64,000 nt of DNA from Botryllus schlosseri (taxonomy: Eukaryota). The stretch's first letter is position 1; every line of letters begins with the position of its first letter. Position numbers and translations under genes: made by a program. Below, one piece after another: positions 27,543-42,761 of the stretch. The notes under the pieces are model-generated. The model ran no database searches, was not told the DNA's origin, and saw only the letters and a program-made list of their open reading frames with translations. The stretch covers positions 15,252,001-15,316,000 of the forward strand of contig CM119381.1 in NCBI GenBank assembly GCA_051294905.1, in the 5' to 3' direction.

Positions 27543-28527
27543 GTGAGTGACGTGCTTAATAACATATATCTGAAAGGACTGTACGCTGTAGAGTGTTCAG
27601 TGTGCAATGTACATGGATCGGGGCATCGTTAATCCTCATTTTTCGCCACGCCAAATTTTTGACGCATGCAGAATAATAGTCAGAACGCGGCAGTTCTGGA
27701 AACAAATTTCGCTTGAATTGACAGTAGTATAGTAGTTTAAAGTTTCATTAAATGACATTGAAAATTGTATTATTATAATCAGTTACAGCCGTCATTCCGT
27801 AATGTTCCAAATTTGAATGCAGAACTATTACTTAGATCACAATCACTGTCAATATAAATAGTTTCGCTGCTAGCAAGTAAACTTCCTATATTAATGTGGA
27901 GTAACGAGTAATGACTTACTTTTAGTTAATAATTTGTATGCTACCTGTATGAATAAACCGTTCACTGCACCAGAAATCAGGTGAAATGCCCCCTTCAAGT
28001 TGAATTGTTTTCTCGTAACATACTACAACCCAATTTTTCGGTTAAAGCTATCCGTGTTTGGGACCAGAATATATGTTTTGATTTGCATTTTGTTTCTTTT
28101 TCTTGTCGGATAAGTGTGATAGTTGTCGATTTTCGGACACTGACCCTTGTCAGCTTGCTGTTCGGCTGTTTTGTATAATGGAACGATGGTGCGCCACAAA
28201 AATGAACGGATGTTGGTCGTCTTATCACCCGGATTACCATTCATTAAGTGATTATTATTACCCTGGTTAAATGGGACAAGTAGCGATTGTAGGTAACAAT
28301 CCCCCTTTGGTGCCTAGTTGGTGGATGTTTACAGAAAATCATAAATTACATCCTCGATTATATGCTACTTAGGTGTCGTTTCATTAAACTGTTGAGGTTT
28401 TTCCATTTCTTTCGATTGTTATACCTTCCATGATTAACATTTGACTGTACGTCCCACGCGCTATGATGGTCGTTATATCTCACGCATGTCAACTCGGGCA
28501 GTAGTATTATAATGGTTGCATTTCCAG

Positions 28528-28669
28528 GCATCCATTATATCCTCTACTAGCAACTGTTTTTGAAAAATGCGAACTAGCGACGTGCACGCCCTACGACTCC
28601 GAATTCTCCAATACCGATGTCTGCTCATCTGATTCGTTCAACGATGATATCGCCCACTTCGCTAAGCAA
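28528..28669 (+). CDS. Meis: Meis coding exon 3 (MEINOX/HM domain, part A)
   Basis: tttccag acceptor; (T)[47 protein letters not shown]; gtgagt donor; 142 nt. Confidence 0.97.
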
Positions 28670-30158
28670 GTGAGTTTTCAATTACCGTTCGCCGTAGAGA
28701 CTCCTGCTCATCAGAAAGTTTATCACCAGTGATATGGCATGGATATGTCCCACCAAAAGAGTTTAGATACATTCTGGTATAGACACATTCCTGTGCATAA
28801 TTCAACAATGTTGGAAAATATGACATACTCATTTGCTGTTGTATGGGCATTTAATTTTAATTTTTATTGTCCTAGTATCTATGACCAATTTATACCGGGA
28901 TACTTGGACCGGCCTATAATCGAATTTTTGGGGGTGGGTGACGTTAAATATCGCTCGCGGGAGTAACGCGATCATTACAGATATGTTCAGTGGAATTTGA
29001 GTCCGTGATAGTGGTGCGCTCACTTAAAATATCAGTCAAGTCTTTGATAATTTGCTCTGCTATATAGAACGAAAGACGTAGATACAATTTTATAGTGTGA
29101 GCTTTGGTTTTGACCTGCATGGAGGTGATGGGATTGAGCTATACATATGTATATATAATTCAGTATCTTTGGTCGGCCTGGTATATTTGCAATCATGCGA
29201 TTTAGGAGCTCAATTGAACCCCAGAGTGTAGCTTATTTATTCTGCCTTCAAAGTACTGCTTGACATTTGGGTATTACAGCTCTCGTGACCGAGTGGTAAT
29301 CGCCATTTTGGACAAGTGCATATTGTGTTAGCAGTCGTATACAAATGCGATATCGCTTGTCATGTCGTGGGCGGATAATATCCTGTTCATTACTAGTCTT
29401 TGTACAAGCGCCCTTTGACACAATGACATTGACAAATGTCAATTACGGAATCGTATTCGCGGCCGCTGTACGTTAATCACCCGCGATTCATTAAATTTCC
29501 AACTGCCTTGCTGTAGCATTACTAACTGACGATAATTGTAGCCGGGTCGTTAATCTCTTAACTTAATCCCAGCTGCAAGGATCGCTTCGCTCCATTTTAT
29601 TGTGTCACTAATACGGAAAGCGATTCCACTCTGCTAACTATGACGAAGGGTGAAGCGAAGGTCACCGCGACGAGAGACGTTCTATATTCGCCACCACCCA
29701 ATCTTACTTCACCTCCGGCAAATTGCAGAACGTGCCGTAAAATCAAGTCTAGTTATCCCGTTGCGACCAAGCTAATGTGACGCGAGGTGTAGTCGGCACA
29801 TGGCATTACAATTTACAATCCTTGTAATTCGGATTGCATTAGCTCATCTCGTAAGTTGCTGAGTAGAGACGGCCTGGATACGTTACTTTAAAATATCTTG
29901 ATTCGTTACACTTCGAAATCGTGTCCGATACGGGTACGGTGGAGATTATGTGAACGCGAGAAAATCGTGATCCGCTACTATCCCTACTCCCTATTGAATT
30001 AAACTGTGTCGGGTGCGGAATTATGTGAAACATGCGTGTAGTGCCATTCGATTAAGCCGTGTCGAATGATGCGCTGTTGAAAGCAACTTTGAAACGCGAC
30101 AGAGGGTGCATTTTGCAGTATTTCCCCACGTATACTGATCCATCTATTTTCATTTCAG

Positions 30159-30215
30159 CTTGAAACGGAGAAAAGACTGATATCGTTAGATCCGAACGAC
30201 GAAGTTGATAAGTTG
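30159..30215 (+). CDS. Meis: Meis coding exon 4
   Basis: catttcag acceptor and gtaag donor; 57 nt, LETEKRLISLDPNDEVDKL, alignable to vertebrate IRAEKPLFSSNPELDNL; phase 0/0. Confidence 0.88.
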
Positions 30216-33200
30216 GTAAGACTCTGTTCATCTTCATCGGCCCCGTTGTGCTATGCTGCATATAATTTTGTGTGCTATGTATACTTAACTAGAAATTTAG
30301 GATGTTATTTTTACTTCTACTTCTGATTGAGTGCTACGTTGATCACCTCTGTGCAGTTCCTACAAGGCTGCCTGCTTGAATGAAGCCTTGATATTACGCA
30401 TACGTACTCTTCGCCTTCACTCTATGTATTGTATACCATTGCCTAGGACTTTTAGGTTGAAGTACCGGTACTCATAACATATGCGACTCTTTGTAAATGT
30501 TTTGAATATGTGTAGAGGTGGTATTCACCTTGATTACGTCTGCTTATGCTTGAAGCCTATCTTGTTATTAAGTCTATCAGAAGTTGTTCGTATGTTAATT
30601 ATGGCTCGGTCGGTAAGCTCGATTTTTGACGGCAATCCCGATGACTGGTCGCGCTACTGCATTGGAAATTAGGCGAATAATATCGATTTTAAATAAAACC
30701 ACCGATCAAAGATGGATAAAAACCACCCAATCGCTTTGAAGTAACCTCGTCGAATCGCCGATGGCATCAATTATGTCGTGATGTAAGCATGACGACTGTA
30801 AATTCGCACGAGAACAATACACCTGACCCCCGGCTGTGGGTTCTTCATGCCGTTAGCAGCGCACCGTTGAATACTGTAAAATCCAAATTTTATCCTTTAA
30901 CCGACACCAGTGTCGTTATACAGGCTTTGCTGCCATTTACTCGCGTAAAATGCGTATCTTTGTTATCGATAGATCATTTTCAGATCGGATATCTCATTAA
31001 GGAAATGTAACACTGTCCTCATAAATAACCCGCGTAATCGCGCGAATTTGTGCGACAATATCAGATGCGTATCGCTGATCCGTTGGCGAATGTGGTCGGA
31101 ATGTCTTGAATCTGGCTTATGGTATTTTTCTCGCTTGCGAAAAGAATGATAATTCCTATAAGCCACTGTTCAGGAAACCTCTACTGTATAGTTAGAGTTA
31201 GAGGAAAATTAGGTCGGGTTTTTTGGGTTCGGACCAGAACCGGGTTCCACCGATCAATGACAATGTATTATAGTTTTCGGGCGGAAGCTGGCCTGGTTCA
31301 GGTTCCATCTCCACCTCTGGTTAGAAGGCGCGTGCAGTTCATATATGTGGTCATCAACGATCCCTAACCTTACCAGAGTGCGTTAATTAGTCCAGTGTTA
31401 GCCTGTGAGGTGTGCTTTCATGGCCTTTGAAATGGATGTCGGTGTCCACAAAGGGATTTGACACTGGGTCGGGGCCTACGATGTTATCGTACCATTACTA
31501 AGCAGTTGACATTGCCTCGTCGTTTTAAATACTGGATGTCTAATCATTTCCCAAGAAATGAGTCGAGAAAAACGATCACAGTCACGTGATTACGTTCGTT
31601 GTGCCGTAATTTAAAGCTACGTTATGGTGCTACTGATTTTGCCCGTGTCGTTTGACCGCAATGGCTTAATGAGGAACAATATATTTTTAACGCAACTATT
31701 GAAAACACTGTTGTTGTCACTTGTAAGGTACAGTACCGAGATTTATTTCATTTTTAGTATTAGGGATTGATACGCAACGCTGGTGACGGTGGATTTATAC
31801 CATAAGCGATGTCGCTAGTTTTAACGTGACGTGACATTATAACCTTCAACCAATTTGCACAGCCTGAAACGAATTAACCGACGCTGAGTGCGCTATCACT
31901 TTATGCTTATACGGGACTTTTTCTTACGTTCCCGGTGCGTCGCAGTCTGCGACGATGTTGGGAAATTGTCACAATCATTAACCAATTAATGTCGGGATCG
32001 TCTAGCTACAATTTGTCATCCGTGAGAATTTTCACGATTGTATTCGCGCGACAGTACTAATGCTGAATCACGCGCGAAAGCATAACTCATCACGCTGACT
32101 GACAGCCGGTGACAAAGTGGCGTGCGCGATGATAAATCCGAGAATTTATGGGCGACCATTGGACTATTAACTACAATTGACAGTATGGCGGTGATTCTGT
32201 ATGAAATGGTAAATTTTTGCGTAACTTTTAGCGGACGATTTAGATCGCAGGCGGTCATTAACGAACTAGCCTACTTCTGCATTTACGGAGTACTCAAGTA
32301 GGTTTATCGTACTTGCACAGGCCAAATGCGACCCGCAGACAAAAATTGTCCGTTCCGCGAAATATGTATAATTTAGCTTATAATCTGGTTCGTATAATCC
32401 AATCTTAAATGAGCCGAGAAAGGGGACAAAGATATGCATATGGTGACTTTTTATATTAACATTTCAAACAAAATCAATTCAATAACGTAAACAAATGTTT
32501 GCACTTTCAAGCATTAATAATTTTAATGTGTAGTCGTGGAATTTTATTGATATCTGGCCCTCTTGTCACAAAGGTTGCACAAACGCACACCCCCGATTTA
32601 AATAATCACTTGAACTAAATATTCGAGTACGATAACCAACTGAGATGCGGAGTGTGCCATGATTATGCTTCCAAATACAAGTTAACTTCAGGGCAGTATT
32701 GTTCAGTCCTTCTTCGAAACGTTATATAAGAAACGCATTTTTTCTATTGCCTAAATATATTTGGTGCTTTGCAGTGTTTGTTTATTACTATAGTGCTATC
32801 CGTCACCAATTCGATAATGCCATGTTTTGTATACCAATGTAATTTCGCCCGATAAAATCTCCACCGGCACCACCGGCTAACGGGTATTGGCTCGTAATTG
32901 AGAATGCTCTGGTGTTCGGGCAACGGAATCGGGCAAAGTACATGTCGGAACGTGCGGTATGGTATACTATGAGATAATTTACCGGCGTAGCTAGGTAGTG
33001 GACGGGCATTAATAACAAGGCGCAATTGGTGCGATATTATAGTTCAGCTAAACGTCAAATGAAACACAATTTTCGTAGCTCGAACCTTAAATTGATATTT
33101 ATTCCGCTGGTGTTTCGTACAGCGCACAAATATTGTACCGGGGCCTGTACGATGACTTCGTAAGTTATCATGGGCCCAGGCCCCGATTCTCCAGTTTTCG

Positions 33201-34664
33201 AGAATTGTCGTTTTCAAACAATATCATAGCTACAACGAATACTGACGTCAAAATCGTTCTCGGAATCGCGCCGTTTGAAGCGCCGATTGCCAAAACTGTG
33301 ACGCTACGCATAAGATTGATAAGCGATATTATGATCGAGCGAGGCTACGCTGACAATAATTCGGGGTTGAGCAATCAGCTTGAAATAGCGGGGAGATGAT
33401 TTATTTTAATCACACACGTTCATGGGATTCAGAACAACTGATTCGTGGCAATTATCTACAAACACCGTCGGCTTACTGGAAACATAACGCGTGCATACCT
33501 CTTGAGTATACAGATTTACATCGATACTGGCGTTATTTTAGGTATAGTCGCGGATAAGATTCGATCCTTTGTCTTAAGGACGAGTAGCCCGAGACCACCG
33601 ACAAGGCGTAACTGTGCAACTCAAACTCCCGGGCGCTTTGCCGATGATAATTGGGGTGGAGATAACCGTTGTGTTTTGGCATCGTAGTAGCCGTCGCTTT
33701 CATCACAACACAACTTCCGTCGATAAAATGAGAGACGCATTTTAACTCTCGCCAAAGTATGAAGTTTTTGGCCGGCCATGCCAATGGAATCAACATTTGA
33801 ACTAAAGCACGATATGCGAATACGTTCGCTTCACTACGAAACGACAATCGTATCTTCATTTGTTCATACGACTGTGCTGTATACGTGCAGTCAAATCTGA
33901 ACTGCAAAGATTTTGCTTCAGAATTCGGACATAATGGTAATTTCTTAGTTGGGCGCTTGGTGTTATTAAATTATTCGCAAATGTTATCCACAATACTAAT
34001 TATTGTGTTTATGGTGGCAGAATAGTAAAAATAATTAATACTCCTATATTATTGTCTCAGAATAGTAACAATTTGAAATACTGGACGGTGGGTCATAATT
34101 CCAAATGTACTTTTTCAAAGCAGCCGACTCCTTCCGGACCCTGACCGAATTTTTGGCATAACGTAGGGATACATTACTTCCAATTGAGCTCCATCGATGG
34201 TCTCATTCGAGCCTTATAATTTGTTCCATCTCTGTTATATTTTATGACATTTTGTCGCGTCTTTGTTGAATAAACTTCTCACTAGGGTGTTGGGCCTGAC
34301 TATGCCCATTCAATCCATTTTGACAAGGCAAGGTACCATCGTGTATACATGGCTGGGCTAAAAGTAATAAATGCCAGCATGTGTTTTCCAGATTCCGTAT
34401 CCAACATATTGATTTCTCTTACCACTTTCACAGACATGAATGGATATTTCTTATTATTCTATTTTTATAGTCTTGTTTGTTCTTGTTGTGGCTGATTAAT
34501 TTAATGTTTTTCTTACTTAGTGGACAGGGCACCCTCCTTACTACACTGAATGTACTATATTGCTACTGTAAACCGTGCCGGACGTCTGATATCTCCCTGG
34601 TTTTTCTTAATATTGAGAAAGAACAGAATGACACAAATCGTATTATTTCTCGCCCTTTTTGCAG

Positions 34665-34715
34665 ATGATATTGTCCATTCAAGTTCTCAGGTTTCATCTG
34701 CTGGAGCTAGAAAAA
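34665..34715 (+). CDS. Meis: Meis coding exon 5 (MEINOX part B)
   Basis: tttttgcag acceptor; [17 protein letters not shown]; gtagg donor; 51 nt. Confidence 0.97.
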
Positions 34716-34777
34716 GTAGGTTTACCGAATCGCGATCGCAAAGTCATCCGTTATTTCTCGAACTTTATGCGTTTCAG

Positions 34778-34921
34778 GTTCACGAGTTGTGCGCGAATTT
34801 CACGCGCCGGTATATTAACTGCCTGAAAGGGAAAATGCCCGTGGATTTGGTAATGGACGAACGGGACACGTCGTTGAAAACGATCGAGGGTCTTGATCAA
34901 GTGACTTCCGCTGCCGACCAA
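34778..34921 (+). CDS. Meis: Meis coding exon 6
   Basis: Follows a 62-nt intron; [48 protein letters not shown]; gtaag donor. Confidence 0.97.
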
Positions 34922-37545
34922 GTAAGCTTTTATTGCATCCGTGCGAAAAGTTTTGGTCATATATCCGTGTATAGGTGGAAGTGGAATTCACCAACCGTGA
35001 TTATGTTTGATTCGGGATCAATTCCCTCTGAATTACAATGATTTGATCTTTGATGAAATTTGATCGTGGTTGGTGGTTTCTATCATATACCACCAGATTT
35101 TCAAGCAGTGTTGTCATGGATTGCGCCATGAAGTTGCGAAGTGATCAACGTACTCTTTTCCTGCGCTATGATTAGTTTTTTGGGGTTACTGTTGTCGATT
35201 GACAGTGTCATGATATCTGTGGTCATTTTACGCCAGGTTCCATACCCTTGCTCCTGTTCCTGATCTAGCTACTTTGAACACTTTCCAATTTCGCTTTAAG
35301 CTTTCGTAAGGCACACTCGGCGAGGAGGTAGCTAAACCTTAAATCTTGTGACCGAAAACGATTGGTGTTGCACCTTGCAGAATAGGGCACTTGTGTTCGA
35401 GTTATTAGTTGTGGTTGGTACTTTTTAACTATACTTTTGTAACATTATGGTAGATGATATTACAATAGGTTGGAACGTATGTAGCCTTTTCCGTGTTCGG
35501 GAGACTAAAGCGGTGTCATACAATATGAATCCGAATAAGTAAATCCGTCTTCATCAAGCCTAGTTTACCACTTATTGTTGACACTAAGCAGGGACATGCT
35601 AGATGGAAAATGTTACAAGGAAGTCTCTGACATGACCTAAGAACCGATGCTAAGGTCTCTCGGCCTGAAAGCGAACGCCTAAATTATTGTGACGTCATAT
35701 CCGTGATCAGCAACTTCTAATCGTGAAAATACACCGGAATACCCACCTGGACTCGATAATCATGTTGAACCATTAGAGATACGCAGCTATTAGGCTCAAT
35801 TTAGCAGGAATATTGCTGTACTCTGTATCGGCTCTGATTCAGATCGTACGTAATTACTTATCGGTTTTCCGTCGAAAATGCTGTACAAATATGGTGTTTG
35901 GGGTCAGAATCGTAATATCCACTGTAAAAACAGGTCTACGTCCTTTTTACTCAGCATTTAAGAATGTTAATTTTCTGGTATAAATCACGCTGCATTGGTA
36001 CCATCGAAGCTGATATGATACCACACGAACGGTCCGGCGGGTTTTATGACGCGAAGATCATAATCGCAACGGTATCAAAACGATCACAATTCATGCATCA
36101 TTTGAAAATGCCTCTTTTAAATTCCGTATGATCTAATGTTCCTGGAAGCCTATAGACACTTTCTGAAACGTCCGATGTAATTGATGCTATAATATCTAGG
36201 TATTGTAGTATGTGCCTTTGCAATTATCTAACTATCTGTCAACGTCGACACCGGTTGCCCGATAAGCAGAAATCATGGCATGATCGCTGATCTTTGTGTA
36301 AATGTCTGATTATTTATCGTCAAATCTTGAACAGATAATCATCCCAACATATTACATGCAGGTGCCCTTACCGCATGCATATTGAATGTTCAGCGTATTG
36401 GCATTGTTTTAGTTTGAAAATTCTCATGTTTAGAATATAGAATCTTTAGTTACTATGTGTTCAGGCAGCGCAGTTATCCACAGTAGGAATACCTAATGCA
36501 GGTATGGACAAATGCCTCCTGGCTACCGAAACAAGATCGCAAGGACGATCGGTCATGATTTTACGTCTTCCTAACTTAAATCCGATATCTGACTGTTAAA
36601 TATTGTTAAGTGAGTCAAGCCGTTGTTTATTTTTTCAACTTCTATTATGTTTGATACGCTCCTTTTCTAGTCTTCTCGATTTTGATAATAACTGTCCCGC
36701 GACTTCGTTTCAACGCTCTTGTTTTGTTGTCGTCACGTAACAATCATACCCTTTTACGCATCGATAGCTACATTGTTTCTGATCGCCAGTCCAGTTTTGC
36801 TGCGACTGTACGGCGCACTCGTGCGCTACGCTGCGCGGTAGCGCATTCTCGATATGAAACTGCTTACAGGCTTTTATAAAATTTGGCGTCCATGTTGTTC
36901 ATGAAATGCTGTATTTAAGCCAAGAGCCTGAGTCATTTCGTACTTGAACTGACGTATGTCACGTATGGCCTTGTATTGATGTTGATTATTCCGCATTTCC
37001 AATAAAAGACATACGCATCCCACTGTCACTTTCCACTGGCCGGGTCAAAACATTGCGACACTGATGTAATTTGAAGGTTACGCTGTGACGTAAAAGCAGC
37101 TATTACGTCGCGCTTCCCGCCGAGACTGACCCCTCAGAGGTGCTGAAAGTGGTCAGGGTTGGTACCAAGGTAGTAGAAGTGACGTTGGAAATTACTACTC
37201 GATTTTCAAGACATGCCATTAAGCTATACTTGAAGTCGAAGTAGACAGTCAAAAGAGTATTCAAGTAGTTTCAAAGTAGATTTGGTCAAAGGATCGCTTG
37301 CTTTGCTGGGTTAATCTTCGCAACTAACGTAGAATGACGATAGTGACACTAGAAATAGGTACACTTTTCGAAAATATATTCAGTTACCGTGGTACACGGG
37401 ATATTTCATCCAGTTTTTGTACCATTTTCACTCATACAAGTTATACAAATACATAGCAAAATATTTTATCCTTTTCGAAATCCAACGTTCAAATAGTGAG
37501 TAGCTGTGTATACAAAACTGTGAAGTGGAAGTACCCTGTCTAAAA

Positions 37546-37809
37546 CACTGGTCTCAAACTCAAATTTGGTCGCCGGCCAATATCCTAGTATTTAATGACG
37601 CCGCGGGCCGCAGCATTAATAGCAATATTCAATGTATTTAGAAGTATGCCTTACTTGGCGGGAGGAAATGCATGGTAGCGTTTGAAAATGATGTGATAGT
37701 AAAGTTTGATGAGAGTAGTTTCAGGTTTTTGGAGTAGTTTGTAAATATGAAAAAGAGATGGGGCGGTCCGTACAAAATGTTCTTGCGGGCCGCGTTTTTT
37801 AGACCTCTG
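37546..37809. mobile_element. hAT-type MITE
   Basis: CACTGGTCTCAAA...TTTAGACCTCTG degenerate termini, GCGGGCCG motifs, TSD GTCTAAAA/GTCTGAAA (7/8). Confidence 0.7.
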
Positions 37810-39022
37810 GTCTGAAATATATCCGTACTTGAGTAAGTAGTGCAAGAAAGCTATATCTACTTGAGTCATCCGACAAAGTAGAAGTAATTCGTTACTGACC
37901 GTATTCGCAGGTAAGCTTATGAGATTAAGACAATGTCAAGCATCCCATGAATAAGGATTGAAGCGCTGAGATACTTGTCGCCAAGCTATCATCTCTCGCG
38001 CTTTCTTATCGCAACCGCGCAAACCGTATGTCCACACGCCGACCTCGCGTACAAACGCCGCCGGCCCGTTTGAAGTCGATCGGTCGTGATAAATTATTGT
38101 AGGAGTACATTACTCATTATATTGCGTTAAAACAATCAAAGCGCACAGCGAAGGAGGCGATCCCACCTTATACGAGATTTGTCCATTAGTAAATTCTGTC
38201 CCGCTTGATAAATACAGATTTTATTGCTCTTCGTGCCTGCACTTTCGACCCGGCCCGGCGCTCGACGCGATGCGAGCGCGGGGCGGTTTTATTTAATCGC
38301 TCGCAACGCGGGGAATTTCGTGGCGTCTCGAGGATATCAAAAGTACATTGATCACTCCAAGACAATCCTTACTCATCTCATCCCGCATATTGCACCCGTT
38401 TATTAATCACTATTAACAAGATACATGAAACATGCCGTACACACTCGCTTTCAAGTTTCGTCGAGAAATGAGCAGTCGGGCACGTAAATACCATGCTTTT
38501 TGACGTGAGCATACATTGCGATTGGATAATGTGTACACGGCCGCGGTATGGAGATCGTATAAGGCAGATGCCACGAAAAGGTCGATATATTGCAACAAGG
38601 AAATTATCGTCACGCGGAATTCTTGTAATTCAGTTTCAACGTTTGGGAAACGGCTCCTTGTAATGAACTTCAACTATGCTACCGTTGACTCCGCAATCGT
38701 AAACTTATCATAAACACCTTATTTAATGATTGTTTGTGGTGGCGATTCGATTTTACATCAATTTGTCTTTTGTTACGTGTAGCCTACTTCACGATAAGTG
38801 CAGGGTTAATAGCGTGATGAGTAGTGATTTGATAGTGCACATTATCACACCAATACAAAATACACAATAAGATTACGTGTAAATTACATTGAAGATGAAG
38901 TCTTAGGCCTACCGTGGGATGTTCTTCCTAAAACGAGATACTCCTCTTCGTTCCCACATCGATCGCTACAGTTTTGGGATTCATAACTTCTTAACTGGCA
39001 TTGTGACATTTTGTTCTGGAAT

Positions 39023-39271
39023 CAGGGGTGGTCAGTAACGAAGTACATATACTTTTCGGCGACCTCAAGCTTGTTTTGCCTACTTCCTTTACTCGCTCGG
39101 GTGGTTATGTTTTTTGGCTACTTACACTTCTATTTTACAGTTTTCAGTTTGATAGACTAGACTAGGTCTAAAATACGTACTTGCTAACTTGGAAATCAAC
39201 TTGAGCATAAATTATCGACGCTCCTTCTAGATCTACTTGAGTGCCAACGATGGCTGCTTTGATCACCTTTG
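39023..39271. mobile_element. hAT-type MITE, family B (degenerate)
   Basis: CAGGGGTGGTCAGTAACGAAGTAC...GATCACCTTTG. Further fragments lie near 37135, 44704, 46290, 47664 and 57570-57783. Confidence 0.7.
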
Positions 39272-40983
39272 TTTATTTGGTAACATTTTGACCATATAGT
39301 TCTGGACTTTAATCTCAATCACGATATGTTGCTTGTATCATGGAATGGTCCATAGATCTCAGCTTGTGTAGTACGCGGTTAGAGTCGCAGGTATTATGCC
39401 GATACATAATCAACAACACTGCATACATTGGGTTCAAATAGTGCTAGATGTAACTGGGCGTGTTTTCAATGTGTGGCCATGGCCAATTGGTCACACTAAC
39501 CATGGTGATACTCACTTACTGTGACTAGTTCACTTATAGATGAACCATTCTGAAGCTGGTGCTAGCTAGGAAATGGTATAGTGTCTGCAATCGTAGGACA
39601 ATATGGGGGATGTTCAATTGTCCATACGTTTTTCGACATTGCTTATCTCAAAACCATGAGTGTGCCAATTCGCGATTCGCCCACCTGTAAATTATTTCGC
39701 CTTCACCACGTTGCGCCCGGTTCGCTATCGGGCCTGGATTGGGCTCTGGTTCCTTTTGTTATTAAGTTCGTTTTTCAAAACGATTCAAGATTGCGATAAA
39801 ATGAAAAGACAGGAAGGTGTCAAAACGACTTGGAGTAGTCTTTCAATCAATGTTCAAATCATGATCACTAGGTTCTATTTATACATGGCATGCCTTTGCG
39901 GCACATCGCCGTTTTATGCCCGCAATCTCGGTATCACCAACTCTTCTTATTCTCACATGTATTTCACGAAATCGACAGATTATTTCGGATAGTACAGATA
40001 AGCCTACGTTGGCGGTCGCACGTGTCACATCATCATTTGTACTGTTTGTGAAAGAGATATTGGTACAGCGCTCGCGCAATGTCAGTTTACGCGTCGTCGC
40101 CTGAGGGGATTTGAGAGGCGTACTAGGAAAGGCTCTCGACTCGGTTTGAAGACCGCTTCGAGTATTCGCAGTCACACCCCCGGCCTACAATACTATGGAC
40201 TCGCAACGCCGAGATACCTCTATCTTATAACCTGGTTTCATAGCACTGAAAGCCCCACATCGTTCGGGCTTAACCGGAGAGTCACGTGAGTGGCGCTAAT
40301 CTCCTCTCGCTTACCCTTTGTGGCCGGACACAATGTGTAGTTTGCGGATTCGAATCAAATGACGCACTTGGTGTCGAGTGGCATCTACATGTCGCGTGTC
40401 AAGTGCGTTTGGAAACCTTACGGAAGTGGAGCGCGCGTGAGAGTTAGCGGCGGTGTCGCCAGTTTGTTTAGGGTGATGCGAAAATTCGTTATTTCGACCG
40501 CGTTTACCTGCCGCTGCAAGTCACCGATACGTTACAATAAATATCGCGCTTCGGGACAATGCGTGTGTCACCACTAATTTGCGTATTAACAGATGTACTT
40601 ACAACATATTCAAATCCAAATGCAAATCAACACCTAATTTGGTAATGACTCAAGTATGTTCAATTGTTCAGCCTTGTATTAAAAGGGATGATAATTACAT
40701 ATGTCGATTGTCCAAGTAAGACAGCTGACCAAATCCAGCTGCGCAAAAACCCTCTTCGATAGCTGCAGACTAAACACATAGGGAGATGATAGTGTTGCCT
40801 TGCCCGCAGTTCTGTGGTGGAGGAGTACCATTATGGTGATGCCCGAATATGGTGTGGCAATGCTGCAGAGTTGCGAAGCGCCAATAAACTTGAAATAAGT
40901 ACCGCTTCTATGAGAGTTGAGAGATCATGTGATAGAGTGATACGCATGGAATCGACACGATACCTAACCGTGTGCTCCCAAAT

Positions 40984-41133
40984 TGTTTGTTTGTTTGTTT
41001 TGGGGTATTCATGGTGTTTGTCGACTGCTATGGTCATTTACACCAGGCCGATATTCTTCATATTTTCCGTAGCTGCCGACTTATAGCACGGCCCACCTCT
41101 AGGCTTTTGTAAGACACCGCTGACGCGGATGAG
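40984..41133 (-). mobile_element. 5'-truncated SINE copy
   Basis: 3' 150 bp of the same family; 14-bp TSD GTGTGCTCCCAAAT at 40970 and 41134. Confidence 0.9.
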
Positions 41134-42761
41134 GTGTGCTCCCAAATGAAAATTTGGATACCTTGCTGATACGATAATTCGTGACAAAACGAGTATTGCC
41201 AAATGTTCTCAGGCGAAACTGTTAGAACTTTTTACTATACAGCGCCGAAATGAAGTATCGTTCGTTTGGCCGTGCAATTAATGAGAATAATAAAACCGTG
41301 TGTCACGGTGTGTGTCCTCTTCCTCTCATGATTTATGCAAACTCAAAATAAACATCGGAAATATGGTCAATTCATTCCCGCGATGCGCTGCACCGATACT
41401 GAATGTATTGCGTCTGCCTTCTACGATTCGATACCCGTAGAGCAGTGTGGCATCGCGGGGTATATCTCGTTTGAATCTTGCGCTGTTGCGCAGACCACTT
41501 ATCTAGTCGGTCACGAAGTATACTTCAACTTTGAAGAAGGAGTATTTTCACTACTTACTTGACTGGATAAATTTTCGGAGTAATTCTACTTCCACACACA
41601 TCAGTGTTTGACACAAAGCTGCTTACATGTTCCACTTTGGCTCTTTGGCTTTGCTAGAGTATAGGAAGTCGTTTTGGACTGGTTTGCGTCACTTTGGGGA
41701 GTGAAATTTTCATATACACCGGGTCAAAATCGCACTTATTTCAAGTGTCATTGGCCGTTTTGCGTTGGTCGCGAAGATGACCTCTGTAATGTTGCAAGTA
41801 GGCAACCCCGATTGACTGCTCAAAGTTACCAAATTTACTTTTCAAAACAAAACCAATTCCTAGAGTACTTTTAGGACCTTTGATTTTATGTTTCTACTTA
41901 AAGTAGTTTTAGCATGTCTCATGTCTGTTACTACTGCTTGTAATTTAGTAGAACGTTATGGCAATAATTTGTTTGAGTGTAATGGTCGATGCTATAAAAT
42001 ACAGTTTTATATCGGAATTGGCATGCGTGCTCTAGAATTAGGATATTTCGGCGCGTATGCATTCTCCGCGTCTTCCAGTTGGGCGGCAAGCATGACATTT
42101 CTCTTATGAATTATTCACTTTGCTTTCAAGCGAAATAGCAGGTAGATCGAGTCCTCAGATTGGGCCGCGATGACTAAATGTGATGTATGAGATAAAAAGT
42201 GAAGCCAAAGAGGCCGCGTCGCCGCGCTGAAATATTCATTGCATAAATCATCGGCCGTTGATGGCGATAATACCACTGCGACCGACAATGAAGTGTGCGC
42301 GCGGGGGCCGTTGCCACTGCGCTGCGACCGATCATGTATACGCAACGCATGCAGAAATAGAATTAGAGGGTGGTATATCCATCACGGGTCCCTTGACATG
42401 AATTGCGTGGCGAGATTGATGCGTTCCATAAGCCGATGTGAATTTGCGTTCGAAATTTCTCTTCTCTCGATCTCTCATGTGGCCCGGAAGAAGTTTTCGT
42501 TTTCATTTGTCTCGCTTTTGGTTGTGGTGAGATGGTCGGCGAATCTACATATTGACAAATGGTTGCGCAATGCGCATGCGCACCCACGCAAATCATGCTC
42601 CGTGACGTCCATTCAAGTCAGAGTCCTTCTACTTGGGTAGTCAGAGTACTTCTCCCACGTTGGGAGCCACTGGCTTAGACTCAAGCATTCAGAATTGTCT
42701 GGCTCTTTGTAAAGACGCATTGTGTGTCAACTGTTACAATTACAACAACTTTCTTATAGAT

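Noticed and set aside
34550-35041. 163-aa ORF as an independent gene
   Set aside because: It is Meis exon 6 read through flanking intron sequence; exon 5 lies in a different frame.
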